Source: Camelus ferus (Eukaryota). Taken from it: 64,000 bases of DNA. Positions 52,973-64,000 of the stretch are shown here, in pieces (position 1 is the first letter of the stretch; each line of letters begins with the position of its first letter). The DNA lies in NCBI RefSeq assembly GCF_009834535.1, contig NC_045707.1:57042001-57106000 (forward strand), read 5' to 3'. The position numbers were made by a program, and so were the translations under genes. The notes below the pieces were generated by a model. It did no database searches and was not told the origin of the DNA. It saw nothing but the letters and a program-made list of their open reading frames with translations.

Positions 52973-55900
52973 GTAATATGTCTTTCTTACCAACTGCCTT
53001 CTTTTCTGGGGTTTTTAGTTTTCACTTTTATGAACCTAAAATACTGTGTGTGTCACAACTGTCACTAAGTAAACGTAAGTATTCAGCTGGCATAGTGTCG
53101 TCACTATTTCTTTCTCATTACTTTTCTGATTAAAACTTGGAAAAGGGTATTGCCAATTTATAAGATGAATATTCCACTTGAGGCATATTCTTGATTTTCT
53201 GAATTGAGGTTTATTCCTCTGAACCTATTAATTATACATTCTGTTTATCCTAAAGATGCCTCCACGTAGCTATTTTTGTCAAACTTTTAATAGGACATTC
53301 TCATTTTGACTCAGAGAAACATGGCATAAAATTTATTTATAGCAGTCCTTCTTCTGTTTATATCATTTGAATTTTATTTCAGTGCCCAGAAATTTTATTT
53401 TTGTAATATAGTTATAGAAATTACACAGGGATTTTATATAGACATTACATAGGAATTTTTCCCCTGTAAATGAGAATAGCCCACTACTAATTTTAGCTAG
53501 GAATGATTTCAGAAGCTTTGCTAACTGCTGCAACTGTCGTTTGTACAAAAATGTTTGATTTGATTGATAAGAAAAGACTCTATTACAGACTTATTAGAAA
53601 AGTACTGTATTTAATAATTAACTCTCTAAATGTTGAGAAATACCTTAATATACAGGGGAAAGAATTGTTTAAAAGGAACAATATGTTAAATCCTATACTT
53701 GTTAAGAGACCACTTTATTTTTCTTACTGTTGTCATTGAAGGAAAATTTAATTGTTCAGTATAGGTATCTGCAGGATTTCTTTCAATAAAAATTATAAAT
53801 CCTTTTACATTCCTTTAAACTTTTTAATGGAAAAAGGGCTCACATTTTTTAAGGAAAATTTTGCATACAAACAAAACAAACTCTTTGTAAGTTCTATTTC
53901 TGTTTGCTACTACCCAGGAGCTGATATACAGAAGCATTTCATCAAATGAAACAAGTGTTTGTACATTAATTGTTCAAAGTTAGTCTCTTTGTTTCATCTT
54001 CATTTCCTTTAGGGCTTACTTTATATATGAAAATAGTATATATTACATGCTACCTTTCCTTCCTGTATTAAAGTTTAGCACTGTTTTATTCTTTACTTAG
54101 ATCACCTATCTTAGACTTCTGTAATTTTCACTTGTGATAAACATTGTTAGAAATAACTTTTATCTTTGGTAGTTCTTGGCCAGTAGATGAGTTATAGTGG
54201 AATGGATTTGAATGCCTGTGAAGGTGATTGATTAAAAATATTTTTCTATATATGGCTCATTGGAGAGTAGACAGACGCACAATGGATTTTTTTCTAATAC
54301 TTCATTTGACTCATTACTTTGGAGCCAGAAAGTGTTCTTCCATCATTCAAAATTGAGTTGTTTGATTTCACTTTATTTTGGGGACCCTGGAAATTGCAAG
54401 TTGTTTTCAGACCACTGTTATTCAGTTGAATTGAAATTTGGAGACTAACTGGCCAAAGACAGACCCCAAAAGGAAGTCTGTGCTGGATCTAACAAAAGAT
54501 ACTGTAGCACATAAATAGATTTAATCCATGTGATAACCCCTTTGTGGTTTTCTTTTTGAAGTGTTTTTTGAATTAGATTTTATTGTGCTTGGTCTCACCA
54601 CATGGAATGCTTCATACATAGATGAAAAGGAGAGAAATTACCCATTTGGCACTATGTCAAATATTATATTAGTATTTGGCAGTTGCTAGTTGGAGTGCAG
54701 CTCTGAGAAACCTACCAGATTCACTGTGGTTATACGCAGACAACTCCATGTGTTACGTACGTAGCTCGAGTGAGATCATAAATAGCCCGTTTCCTATAAC
54801 AGACCTGATGACATTAACAGGAATAACTCTTGGCTGTGACTAGGGGTCTCTGTTATTATCTGAAGTGTTAATTAAGCTTGACCTTAATAAACAGCTTCCT
54901 GCTGTGAGGTGACAAGTGAAAATCAGGAGTCTACAAGCATTTAATTTGTTGCTAGGAAACAGTCAACACTGATCTTTAGCCATTTATTGTTTAGGTCAAG
55001 AGGATCCCTACAAAGCTTTAAAGTTAGGGCATAAATTTTGCTTGGAAACAGATTATAGAAAGGGATCAGATTTACAAAGTGAAAAAAAAAAACCTATGTT
55101 GTTCTAAAGAAGAAATTTGGGATTAGTGTCTTACATACCTTCACCTTGTAAATAAATGTATTACTGTTTATTTTTTATTTTACAAATAACTACTGGTGAG
55201 GCAATGGAATTTTTGATAGACATATATTTACAGAAATGTGGTGACTACATAATGTATCATAGGCTATCAAAATATAGATACAGATTTCCAGCTCTAGAAA
55301 AAAGCAGATACTTCCTATTTACAAATCCATTTAGCATAAAGAAAACTGGACAGTTTTATTGAACTGTTGTCCCATTAGCTTTTAAAAAATGTTGCATTTT
55401 GTACAAATAATTGGAGAACTGTTACTATCAGCCAAACGTACTTGCCCAACTTTTGAAGTGTGTGGTAAAACCAGTAGTTAGAACTCATCAGTTGCTATCA
55501 CCAGCAGCTCATTAATATAACCAAAATACAATACTAATTGACTTACATCCTATTTTCTGAGGTCTAACACCTCAGTGGGACAAGCTAATGAAAACTCAGA
55601 GCAAGGTATCTACTTTAAACTGACCCAGGGAGACCCAGTGAATACCTATAATATACAATTTCCGTACATAGTAAAGGTCCTTTGCTTTGCTGAAGACCTG
55701 GGGAACGAAAGAGCCAGAACTCTGAGGGAGACAGTAAACACCCTACTTCCTGAAGAAATTCATTCTGCTTTGGCTGGAGCAGGATCCAGTGATATGACCA
55801 AGGGAGATGGGCGTTTTGAGTCTTTCTTCACATTTCTCATTAACTAAATCCAAAGAAAGACCTACAGCCTTTCTTTAAAGTAAAATTGTTCAAGCCACAA

Positions 55901-56690
55901 CAGGAATTAAGTAGGGAGCTGTGAAGTAGATGTGGCTTCCAGATTCATATACAAATGCTTTACCATCGCAGTGGATGGGCAGAGATGAAAAAGAGCACAG
56001 ACTACTCTGAGGAATGTCTACTTCTGACTGTAATGGAATACATTAAATCAGACGAGTCTTCAACCAAGAACAAATGGAAAAGCTAGGTAAATCAGTAAGC
56101 AGCTGTTTGATGGCTGTAGAAAGCAACTGAGACACCTAGGCCTTGAGAGGCCATGGTCCTGGTGTAAAGAGAAACATGTTGAGAGGTGAGCCTGGTATTC
56201 TCTACTGCTTGTCCCTGTTTTACAGAGCAGGGTAGGGAAAAATTGTAATTTAGAGGTGCCAAAGCTTCCAGGCCTTGAACCAAAATCCTGGAGAAGAGGG
56301 AAATAAATAAGCCTGGCATTCCAAGTGACAGGTCACCTGAAAACATCTGGCCTGACGCAGGAAGAGAAGCAAAAGGATGAGTGATACAAAACAGACCGTT
56401 AGAGACATTGGACATAACAAGGAGTCTAGTTTAGGTGTAATTTCCGTGCCTAGGAATTCCAAAAAGAGAGGCAAGAGAGAATGAGGAAGAAGCCAATAGT
56501 TGAAAAGATACTGGTGGAGATTTATGGGAAAAAAATGAATGGAAACAACAAGCCACAGGTTCAAGATACTTTATGAATGCCAAGTAAGATTCAGAAGAAA
56601 AGGGCTGGGAGAACCCATCTAGATAAAGTAAAGCTGCTAAAAACCATGACAAAAATAAGACAAAATAAACAACAACAAAAAAATTTAGAA

Positions 56691-56805
56691 ATGAATATAT
56701 TATGTTCATGCATAACTGAAAAATTGTGCTCTACAATGGAATTTGACACAACATTGTAAAATGATTATAAATCAATAAAAAATGTTAAAAAAAAGTAAAA
56801 AATAA
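56691..56805 (+). mobile_element. About 115-bp L1 3' terminus with target-site duplication, same family as the 6.4-8.7 kb element
   Basis: Homologous to the reverse complement of about 6440-6530; A-rich tail; aaaaaaatttagaa at 56677-56690 and 56806-56819. Confidence 0.8.
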
Positions 56806-57511
56806 AAAAAAATTTAGAATCTTCCAGAGCAGACACCACATTTATTTCAGATGCTCAGGAGAGCTGACTCCACAACTTAACGCCAGAGGAAAACAGAATG
56901 ATATCCTTAAAATGCTGATTGAAACTGACTTTTCACCTAAAAATCTATATGTCCATTTAATATTAAAGACAGAACTAATATAGCGAGTGTCTGTTCTGTC
57001 TTACTGTTGTTTTCTGACTTACTGCTTCAGGTGTAAGCAGTTTCCTCCTAGTCTATATGCGGTACTTAGGGGGTAGTTTAAAAACACTCTGATGAAGAAC
57101 CAGGTTAGATTCTCAGTTTGCTGTCCTAACTGAAGATCTGTGTATCAAGACACAAATAAGAAATGTCCCCATCTAGTGGTAAAAACCTTAAATGTCAGCC
57201 AGACCCCTTGAGCTCTAGAATGGAAACAAGAAACATTTTAAGCCATTATGTTCCATGTGATGGAAATGCTCTCATTTCAGTGATTACAAACACAATTTTA
57301 AAATGACAACTTCCTCCTGGGCTAAAAGTAGAAAAGATTTTTTATCAGAATAGTAAATGCATGTAACACAAGGGGGCCAAGTGCGTTACAAAGTGGATAA
57401 AGAAGTCAGCATAAATACTGGCCTGACCAGACACCTGTGGTTCATTTCAGCCAGTAGTTTTGTTTACTATGCAAAATACTGCAGCCTAAAATGATGCACA
57501 TTTTTTCCTAG

Positions 57512-57687
57512 ATGTGTTGGTTTGGAGCAATGATCGAGTTATTCGCTGGATACAAGCAATTGGACTTCGAGAATATGCGAATAATATTCTTGAAAGTGGT
57601 GTGCATGGCTCCCTTATAGCACTGGATGAGAACTTTGACTACAGCAGCTTAGCTTTATTACTGCAAATTCCAACACAGAACACCCAG
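57512..57687 (+). CDS. PPFIA2: PPFIA2 exon [19 protein letters not shown]...QIPTQNTQ (SAM3)
   Basis: Acceptor cctag|AT, non-canonical donor CAG|gcaagc, 176 nt. Confidence 0.94.
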
Positions 57688-58044
57688 GCAAGCCTCTCTG
57701 TTCTGCATTTGCACTATGTCCTAGTTTATATAAAGACAGAGTAAAGTTTTAGGGAAAAAAAAGAAAGTTGGCTATGTATTCACGATTCCTAATGGGACTT
57801 AGCTCAACCTTTGAAAGAGGTCACTGGGGCTTTAATTTCAAGCTACTGGATTTCTAGCCAAAACGAAATCATAAAATTAAGCAGAAAGGGATTTAGAAGT
57901 TATGTGGTCCAACCTCCCACCTGAATGCCAGATTCCCCAAAACAATGTCCCTGACAGATGGCCTTTAGTCTCTGCGTCTCTGAGGGGCAGTCATTTCTAT
58001 TTACGTGTCTGAATTATACAGCCACTGAGCTTTGGGTATGCCAT

Positions 58045-58215
58045 TGATTCCCAAGGCTGGATAATTATTTGAATCACTGGAGTTCCTTAAAATTTAAAAT
58101 AAAGCTTGCAGTCTACATCACAGGCCTAAGAAATCAGATATCGAGAGGGCACAGGAATCTTAATTAGCTGCAGTTTTTCCAAATGATGATCATTGGCCAG
58201 GTTTGAGAACTACCT
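58045..58215. mobile_element. MER5-like hAT-Charlie MITE
   Basis: gaatcactggagttcctt...aaatcagatatc...caggaatct...ggccaggtttgagaactac. Confidence 0.45.
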
Positions 58216-58573
58216 GCATAGACTTGATAAAAAAGTGAGTATAACTTTACTGTATTTTTATTTTGTTTTTATATGGTTCAAAGTATGTATTAAAATATTT
58301 CATTGGAATAAAGTAACAAAGTGAGGTCAAAGTCCCTTGACCTCAGACATTTATGTGAGGCAATTTCTCCACTGTCCACAGACCAAAGAAAATTGCCCTA
58401 CCTTGTATTTATAGCTAAAATTTACAATGGCTTATAGACATGGAGGATGAAAAAATTAAGACTCCATAAATAAAACAGGGTACTGGAATGTTTTCTAGGG
58501 TAACTATATTCTGTATGATTTTTTAAATCAAAATGTGATTTCAGTGATAGTAACTGTAATTTGATGTCAACAG

Positions 58574-58642
58574 GCAAGGCAGATTCTTGAAAGGGAATAC
58601 AATAACCTGTTGGCTCTGGGAACTGAACGGCGACTGGATGAA
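58574..58642 (+). CDS. PPFIA2: PPFIA2 exon K: ARQILEREYNNLLALGTERRLDE
   Basis: Acceptor caacag|GCA, donor GAA|gtaagt, 69 nt. Confidence 0.94.
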
Positions 58643-60877
58643 GTAAGTCCTTATCTCTCATTCAAAAGGGATCTTAGTACAACTAATATGGCTTTCAATC
58701 ACTAGTGCTGAGAAATTAAGCAGAGACTTATTCTGTGGATAAAATCTAGAATGTTACCCAGTATTAAATATTTAATTTTATTACTCATTTGATTTGAGAA
58801 CGAACTTTATGAATTCATAAATATTATCATATCAGCAGTTAAAAACCCTAAGAAGTAATTTGAAATGACTTTTTTCATGAAGCTATGACAGCAAAATAAT
58901 ATTGAGCAACATTTTTTTAAATTATAAGCAATGATAACACTAGTCTTGATAAATCCAACTTTTTAATAAAGAATGTGCTTATTTCTTAAATAATCAGTAT
59001 GTCTTCACAGGAAATTTTAGGATATTAAAATGAAGAGAAAAACCTTCTTTCAATAAATGGGAAGCTTTTCATTATTTTAGATATCAATATTGAATCTGTC
59101 TTAAAAACATATGAATAACATTTTAGTAGTCATAGGCTTTGAAAGCTGTAAGAATCTCTAAACATAATATATGAATGTTTAAATGATTTGGAAAATAGTA
59201 AACATGTAGGTAAGTAAGTAAACAGAGGGCGTTAGTGCATTCTGTGCCTTGAGAAACACTGTGGATTTTAATAGTCCTTCTGAGGTTTTCAAGGGTCTTT
59301 CTGGAAGAAATGGGAAGGAAACCAGAGTATGAAGTGGAAAATACAGAGATGCATAATTCTGTGTTGCATAATGAGGTGTTTCCTGGCTATAAAAGCGAAT
59401 TAAAATAGTTCTGTGAATGAACCCAAATCCTAAAATGAGACAATAATTCCACATTCAGATGGGCAGAGCAGAGAAGCTTAGTTTTACAAAACTCAAGCTG
59501 TCCTTGGTGGAGGAGGTGATTTTATAGACATATATGCTCTACAGTCTTGACCTCAGCTAATTTCCTGTAAATGCTTATTCCTGTGCAATCAGGATAATGA
59601 TTCATATGTTTTAAAATTAATGTTTAACTGATTTTAATTTTATATCTTGTTTGATAATCTTTTGAATCCTTATTCTTAATTGTTGAATCAAAAAGATAGT
59701 TTGCATAAACCCATACAGACTTTTAAATACAATTACTCTCCTAACTTAAAAGTTGGAAACGGAATTTTAATAAAAATGATTAAAGATCTGTCATATTGCT
59801 ACATTCTAAAATGCTGACTGACCTGAAATAGAGGTCCGGGTAGAGATGCAAGTCCATGTGGGTTACAGTGTTGCTTCCTGGAAGTAATGAATGAGCAGAA
59901 AGGTCTAAACAGAATGTGACTTTCTGTCTTTTTCTTATTATTAGAAACAGCACATGATTTCATCATTCAAAACCTCTAGTCTCTTTTGTCTTAGTTTTTT
60001 GCTTGTTGCATTGTTTTTGCTTTTGCTTTTTGAGTGTGAACAAAAATAGCCAAACATCTTGCCTAGAGCCAGAGGAGACTTGTTTCTGGGGTTGATCACA
60101 TTCAGGTTCCACTGAAATAATTTGAGATGTGCTCAGGTGCTTCTGCAGACTCATCTGAGAGGATATCCTTAGATGCAAGGGTGTCTTTTAACCTCATCTC
60201 ATCGAAACCTCTTCCTGTGATGTTGTTGCTTATTGTTCCTATTAACTTTTTGCTGCAACATTATGTTGAAAGTGCATAAGTTAAGGAATCACGATTTAAA
60301 TTCTCAAATTACTGGCATTTTTTGGAGCCCTTAACTCACACATTCTGAGAGTTACACATTTCTACAACGTACTGTAGTGTTTTGTAGTACTGAAGAATAT
60401 TTATGTTCATGCAGCAACTTCTCCCAGATGAAAGAAGTCAGGGAAGCCACAGCTGTGAAATTCTGCTCCCTTTTTCCATTTGTACCCATGTGGGAGGTCC
60501 AGGGCAATGCAAAACTCAGCAGTTGAGAAGAGGAGCAGGAGAAATCTCAAAACTATAAAATGGCTACCACATCTAAACAAAATTTATATATTGATAATAA
60601 GGATTCTAAAAGAACCTGGTAGATAAATGTAATCACATAAATGATTTTATTTTTCCCAGCTTGACCTTGCCTGTTACTTAATCAAATTAGTAGCCTATGA
60701 TGATGAATACCTTACAGTGTTACTTATGTATAACAGTGATAATGTGGGCTGAATATCTATAGTCCATATGCCAAAATGATGTCATCTGAGCTAGCAGGGT
60801 CAACCACGCATACTTAGCTGTGCCTTTAGGGAACTGACAGTCCTATTATGAGATGCTGGTATAAGAAGGTGAAATCT

Positions 60878-60922
60878 ATGTATGTATGTATGTATGTATG
60901 TATGTATGTATGTATGTGTATG
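60878..60922. repeat. (TATG)n microsatellite
   Basis: Direct reading. Confidence 0.95.
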
Positions 60923-61789
60923 ATGTAAGAAGGGAAGATCTATATAGAATGATAAATATTTTCCTTAGATTAGATACAGAGAATAATATCAGTTAAATGC
61001 TAAATTACATATTGTTGCTTACCAATCCAGAGAAAATAATTGCCTCTGTGCAGGTACTTTGTGTATGCACAGAGAGGGAAGAATTTTTAGCATTAAGACA
61101 TAATATAATCAGCAACCAGAATCACACTGTAAAACAGCAACCAGAGTTACACTATGCTTTTAGTGGCATCTAATGGGCACATGTATTTATTAGAAGGACG
61201 GTGACCAGCCTGCATAGATTTTTCAAAAAATTACAAGTTAATTCTGTTATCAGTTGAAATCTAACAAATGACAAATTAAGTTTCTTACACCAAATATAAG
61301 ATATAGTATCCCATTTGAGCCAGGCTGTCTCAAATATAGATTTCCCATAACATATATCTTTTGTATACATAAAAGCAAACATCATGAAATATTTAAGTGT
61401 GTAAGTCAAATAGAGTTTACCCAACATTTATTCAAATAAGTAAATCATCTCCTACCATAAAACCAGTTGGCATTAAGTGGAACAAAACACGTCTAATATT
61501 CTTTTTGAAAAAACTGTAGGGTTTTATTTTAGATTGTAAAAGATTTTACTTTTATATATGTCTTAGATTTGAAATCTTATGAGTTTTTAATAAAAACATT
61601 TATATTTCAAGTCTCCTGCATTCTCATTTTGGAATCACTAGAACTCAAAAGAAAGCATAAAATTTCATGTGTATAGCTTCCAGACTGCATGCAAATAATC
61701 AATATTACATGTTTCTAAGCACACAGTTTTAAGCTCCTGGGCTAGTTTACCTGTTTTTATTGAATCAAATAATAACTCTGTACTGGCAG

Positions 61790-61949
61790 AGTGATGACAA
61801 GAATTTCAGGCGTGGGTCGACCTGGAGAAGGCAATTTCCTCCCCGTGAAGTACATGGAATCAGCATGATGCCTGGGTCCTCAGAAACATTACCGGCTGGA
61901 TTTAGGTTAACCACAACTTCTGGGCAGTCAAGGAAAATGACAACGGATG
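61790..61949 (+). CDS. PPFIA2: PPFIA2 exon L: SDDKNFRRGSTWRRQFPP...SRKMTTD(V)
   Basis: Acceptor ggcag|AGT, donor G|gtacag, 160 nt, within ORF 61760..61978. Confidence 0.94.
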
Positions 61950-63144
61950 GTACAGTAGTTTTGCATTTCTGCTTATAAAGTATAAAGCTTGTTTAGCAAA
62001 TGCTGTCATTCTCTGATCTTGCACAGCTTTCTGGAATTGATTCTTGTCTTGAGTTGGTTTGCTCTGCTTGAAGTTTACTTTGCTTTCATTAGACCATACT
62101 CTTTTGTAAACTGCTAATGCATGAACTCATGGCACTTTATTCACATTAAAAAAAATAATTTAAAATACCCCCCCAAAGGACAAATTTGGCTAATGTCCAC
62201 ATCTAGGAAGAAAAATAAACATCTGCATGATTTGTGTTTCTTTACTCTTCTATTTGCCAAGTAAATAATTTGTTTAGAAGTTGAATTTGGACTAAAGGTC
62301 CTTAGTAAATGGAAATTAACTCCACTGCCACCCTACATGTTCGAATATTGCAAGTTCTATATTTCATCTTAGAAACTCAGACTCATCAGATATTTTCACC
62401 TCTGACCAAGGCAGAAGGCCTTAAATAAACAAGCACAACTATGAGAAGAGAACTAAACAAACACAAAACCAACAGTAATTTCCCAACTAGTATTTCCTTC
62501 TGTGGACATTAGACTTGTGTTATATACGTCACAAAGGAAAACAGCCATTCTGGAGGAGAGACAACTTTGAGATGGCAGTCACTAAGTTATTTCTGTTTGG
62601 TAGGCATTAAGCAAAAAAGTCCCACTCTCTTTACTGAGACAGTCACCTAGAATCATTCTTTCTTTTCACGGTGATATTGTCATGGCATTTATACTTGTCA
62701 TGGTTCCAATATAAACCATGATTTTTGATCTACATTTCTTCTAATTTGTTAATATTATTAACACGTTAGCAAAATTCATGAGGAGTTCAACACGATTAAA
62801 ATGAGTGTAGAAGCTTTTCAATATTGGAGGGGGAAAAATCCATCATAACGAATTCTCGAAGAGCAATCTTTGCTTCAAAAACAGAGCACCCAGGGGAGCT
62901 GTTCTTGCTACAGATTTCATCCAAGGAGGAATGTACAACTTGAAAGCTCAGTTGAATCACACTGGAATAAATTTTCATTAGTAACTTGGTCTAGAGAAAA
63001 GGAAGACGAGTGGCTTCTATCTGAGAGAAAGAAGGTCTTTTAATACGTTTAGATCCCTTTCTGCAGGGAAAAAGAAATCTTTCTCATATGAAATTTTGTA
63101 CTCAATCATCCGAGTCCCTCTAAAGCCCTTTTCTCCGTTTGCAG

Positions 63145-63203
63145 TTGCCTCATCAAGACTGCAGAGGTTAGACAGCTCCACTGTTCGCACATACTCATGT
63201 TGA
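63145..63203 (+). CDS. PPFIA2: PPFIA2 last coding exon M: ASSRLQRLDSSTVRTYSC-stop
   Basis: Acceptor ttgcag|TT, TGA at 63201-63203, PDZ-binding-type end TYSC. Confidence 0.95.
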
Positions 63204-63236
63204 CAAGGCACTCAAAGGAGGCAGCACTGACTTGCT
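63204..63236 (+). other. PPFIA2: 3'UTR part of exon M, ending at a probable splice donor (3'UTR intron)
   Basis: GCT|gtgagt donor at 63237-63242, 33 nt after the stop. Confidence 0.7.
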
Positions 63237-64000
63237 GTGAGTAGCTTTCCTTGGCTGACAAAATACAAACCGCCAAAAAAATGGAACCTCCGTAGACTAG
63301 TAATATACACGAGACTTTTTGGGATGGCCTAGCAGTACAGAGTGAGATAACCCCTTTGAATTGCTCGAGGGTGGAAAGGAATCTATATTGTAACTCTTCA
63401 TCTAGGATTTCCTGATCACCGTCTGTCTGCTCTGGTTTAAGGTCTGTTGGAGGCCTGTCACTATCTTATTACACGTCAACAGGCTGCTACCACGCTGGCC
63501 TCTACTTTTTAGTAGCATTTTATATTGATGCACATAGCATTTTATTGATGAGAGTTTGGCACTTACAGAGTAATACACTTTTAGGTGAGTATTCTATGTA
63601 GGGGAAGCTGAAATAGGCAGACAGAATTCTAGCAGGTACACAGAGTCAAATAGTGGCAGAGACAGGAAAATGATTTGGAAATGATTTCATATGAAAATCA
63701 AAAGTATAACTGAAAAGTCTGAGCTATTAGTATGTTGTTTTTCATCAATGTGATTTATATTTGTTGAAAATGAAAAAGAATTCTAAGTATTATGGCATAA
63801 GAACAAAGTGAAATCACTTTATAAAAATGGCAGACAGAACTAACAAAACCTTGCTGTATAATCATAAGATATAAGGCATTTGCATTTAGAAAAATATTAA
63901 TTGATGGAATCTACTTCCAAATCCGTATGAAAATGGAGTTTTGTTGAAAAACAGTGTTAGTAAAACTGTTGTTTTCCTAGATTATAAATGTTAAGAACTC

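Noticed and set aside
54754..54770. tacgtacgta and ctcgag palindromes
   Set aside because: Short and isolated, consistent with chance or a 4-bp slippage.

Overview
AT-rich, CpG-depleted mammalian genomic DNA. A tRNA-derived SINE resembling camelid SINEs suggests camel or alpaca, which is an inference. The window holds the 3' part of PPFIA2 (liprin-alpha-2) on the + strand. I read 13 coding exons by hand, from 2958 to 63203. They splice in frame to 1512 nt, or 503 aa plus stop, from IAVVEEDG through three SAM domains to the C-terminal VRTYSC. The 5' exons and the last 3'UTR exon lie outside the window. The introns carry L1, L2, CR1/L3, MIR, LTR and hAT MITE remnants plus microsatellites. Most ORFs in the supplied track are noise, L1 remnants or exon read-throughs. 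I found no convincing new biological system. The best leads concern RNA processing: a combinatorial in-frame splice module in the CASK-binding loop, hairpins between a distal branch point and its acceptor, a GC-AG intron, tandem acceptors, a possible alternative C-terminus, and inverted L1 pieces around one exon. Protein and repeat names come from recalled sequences, not from database searches.
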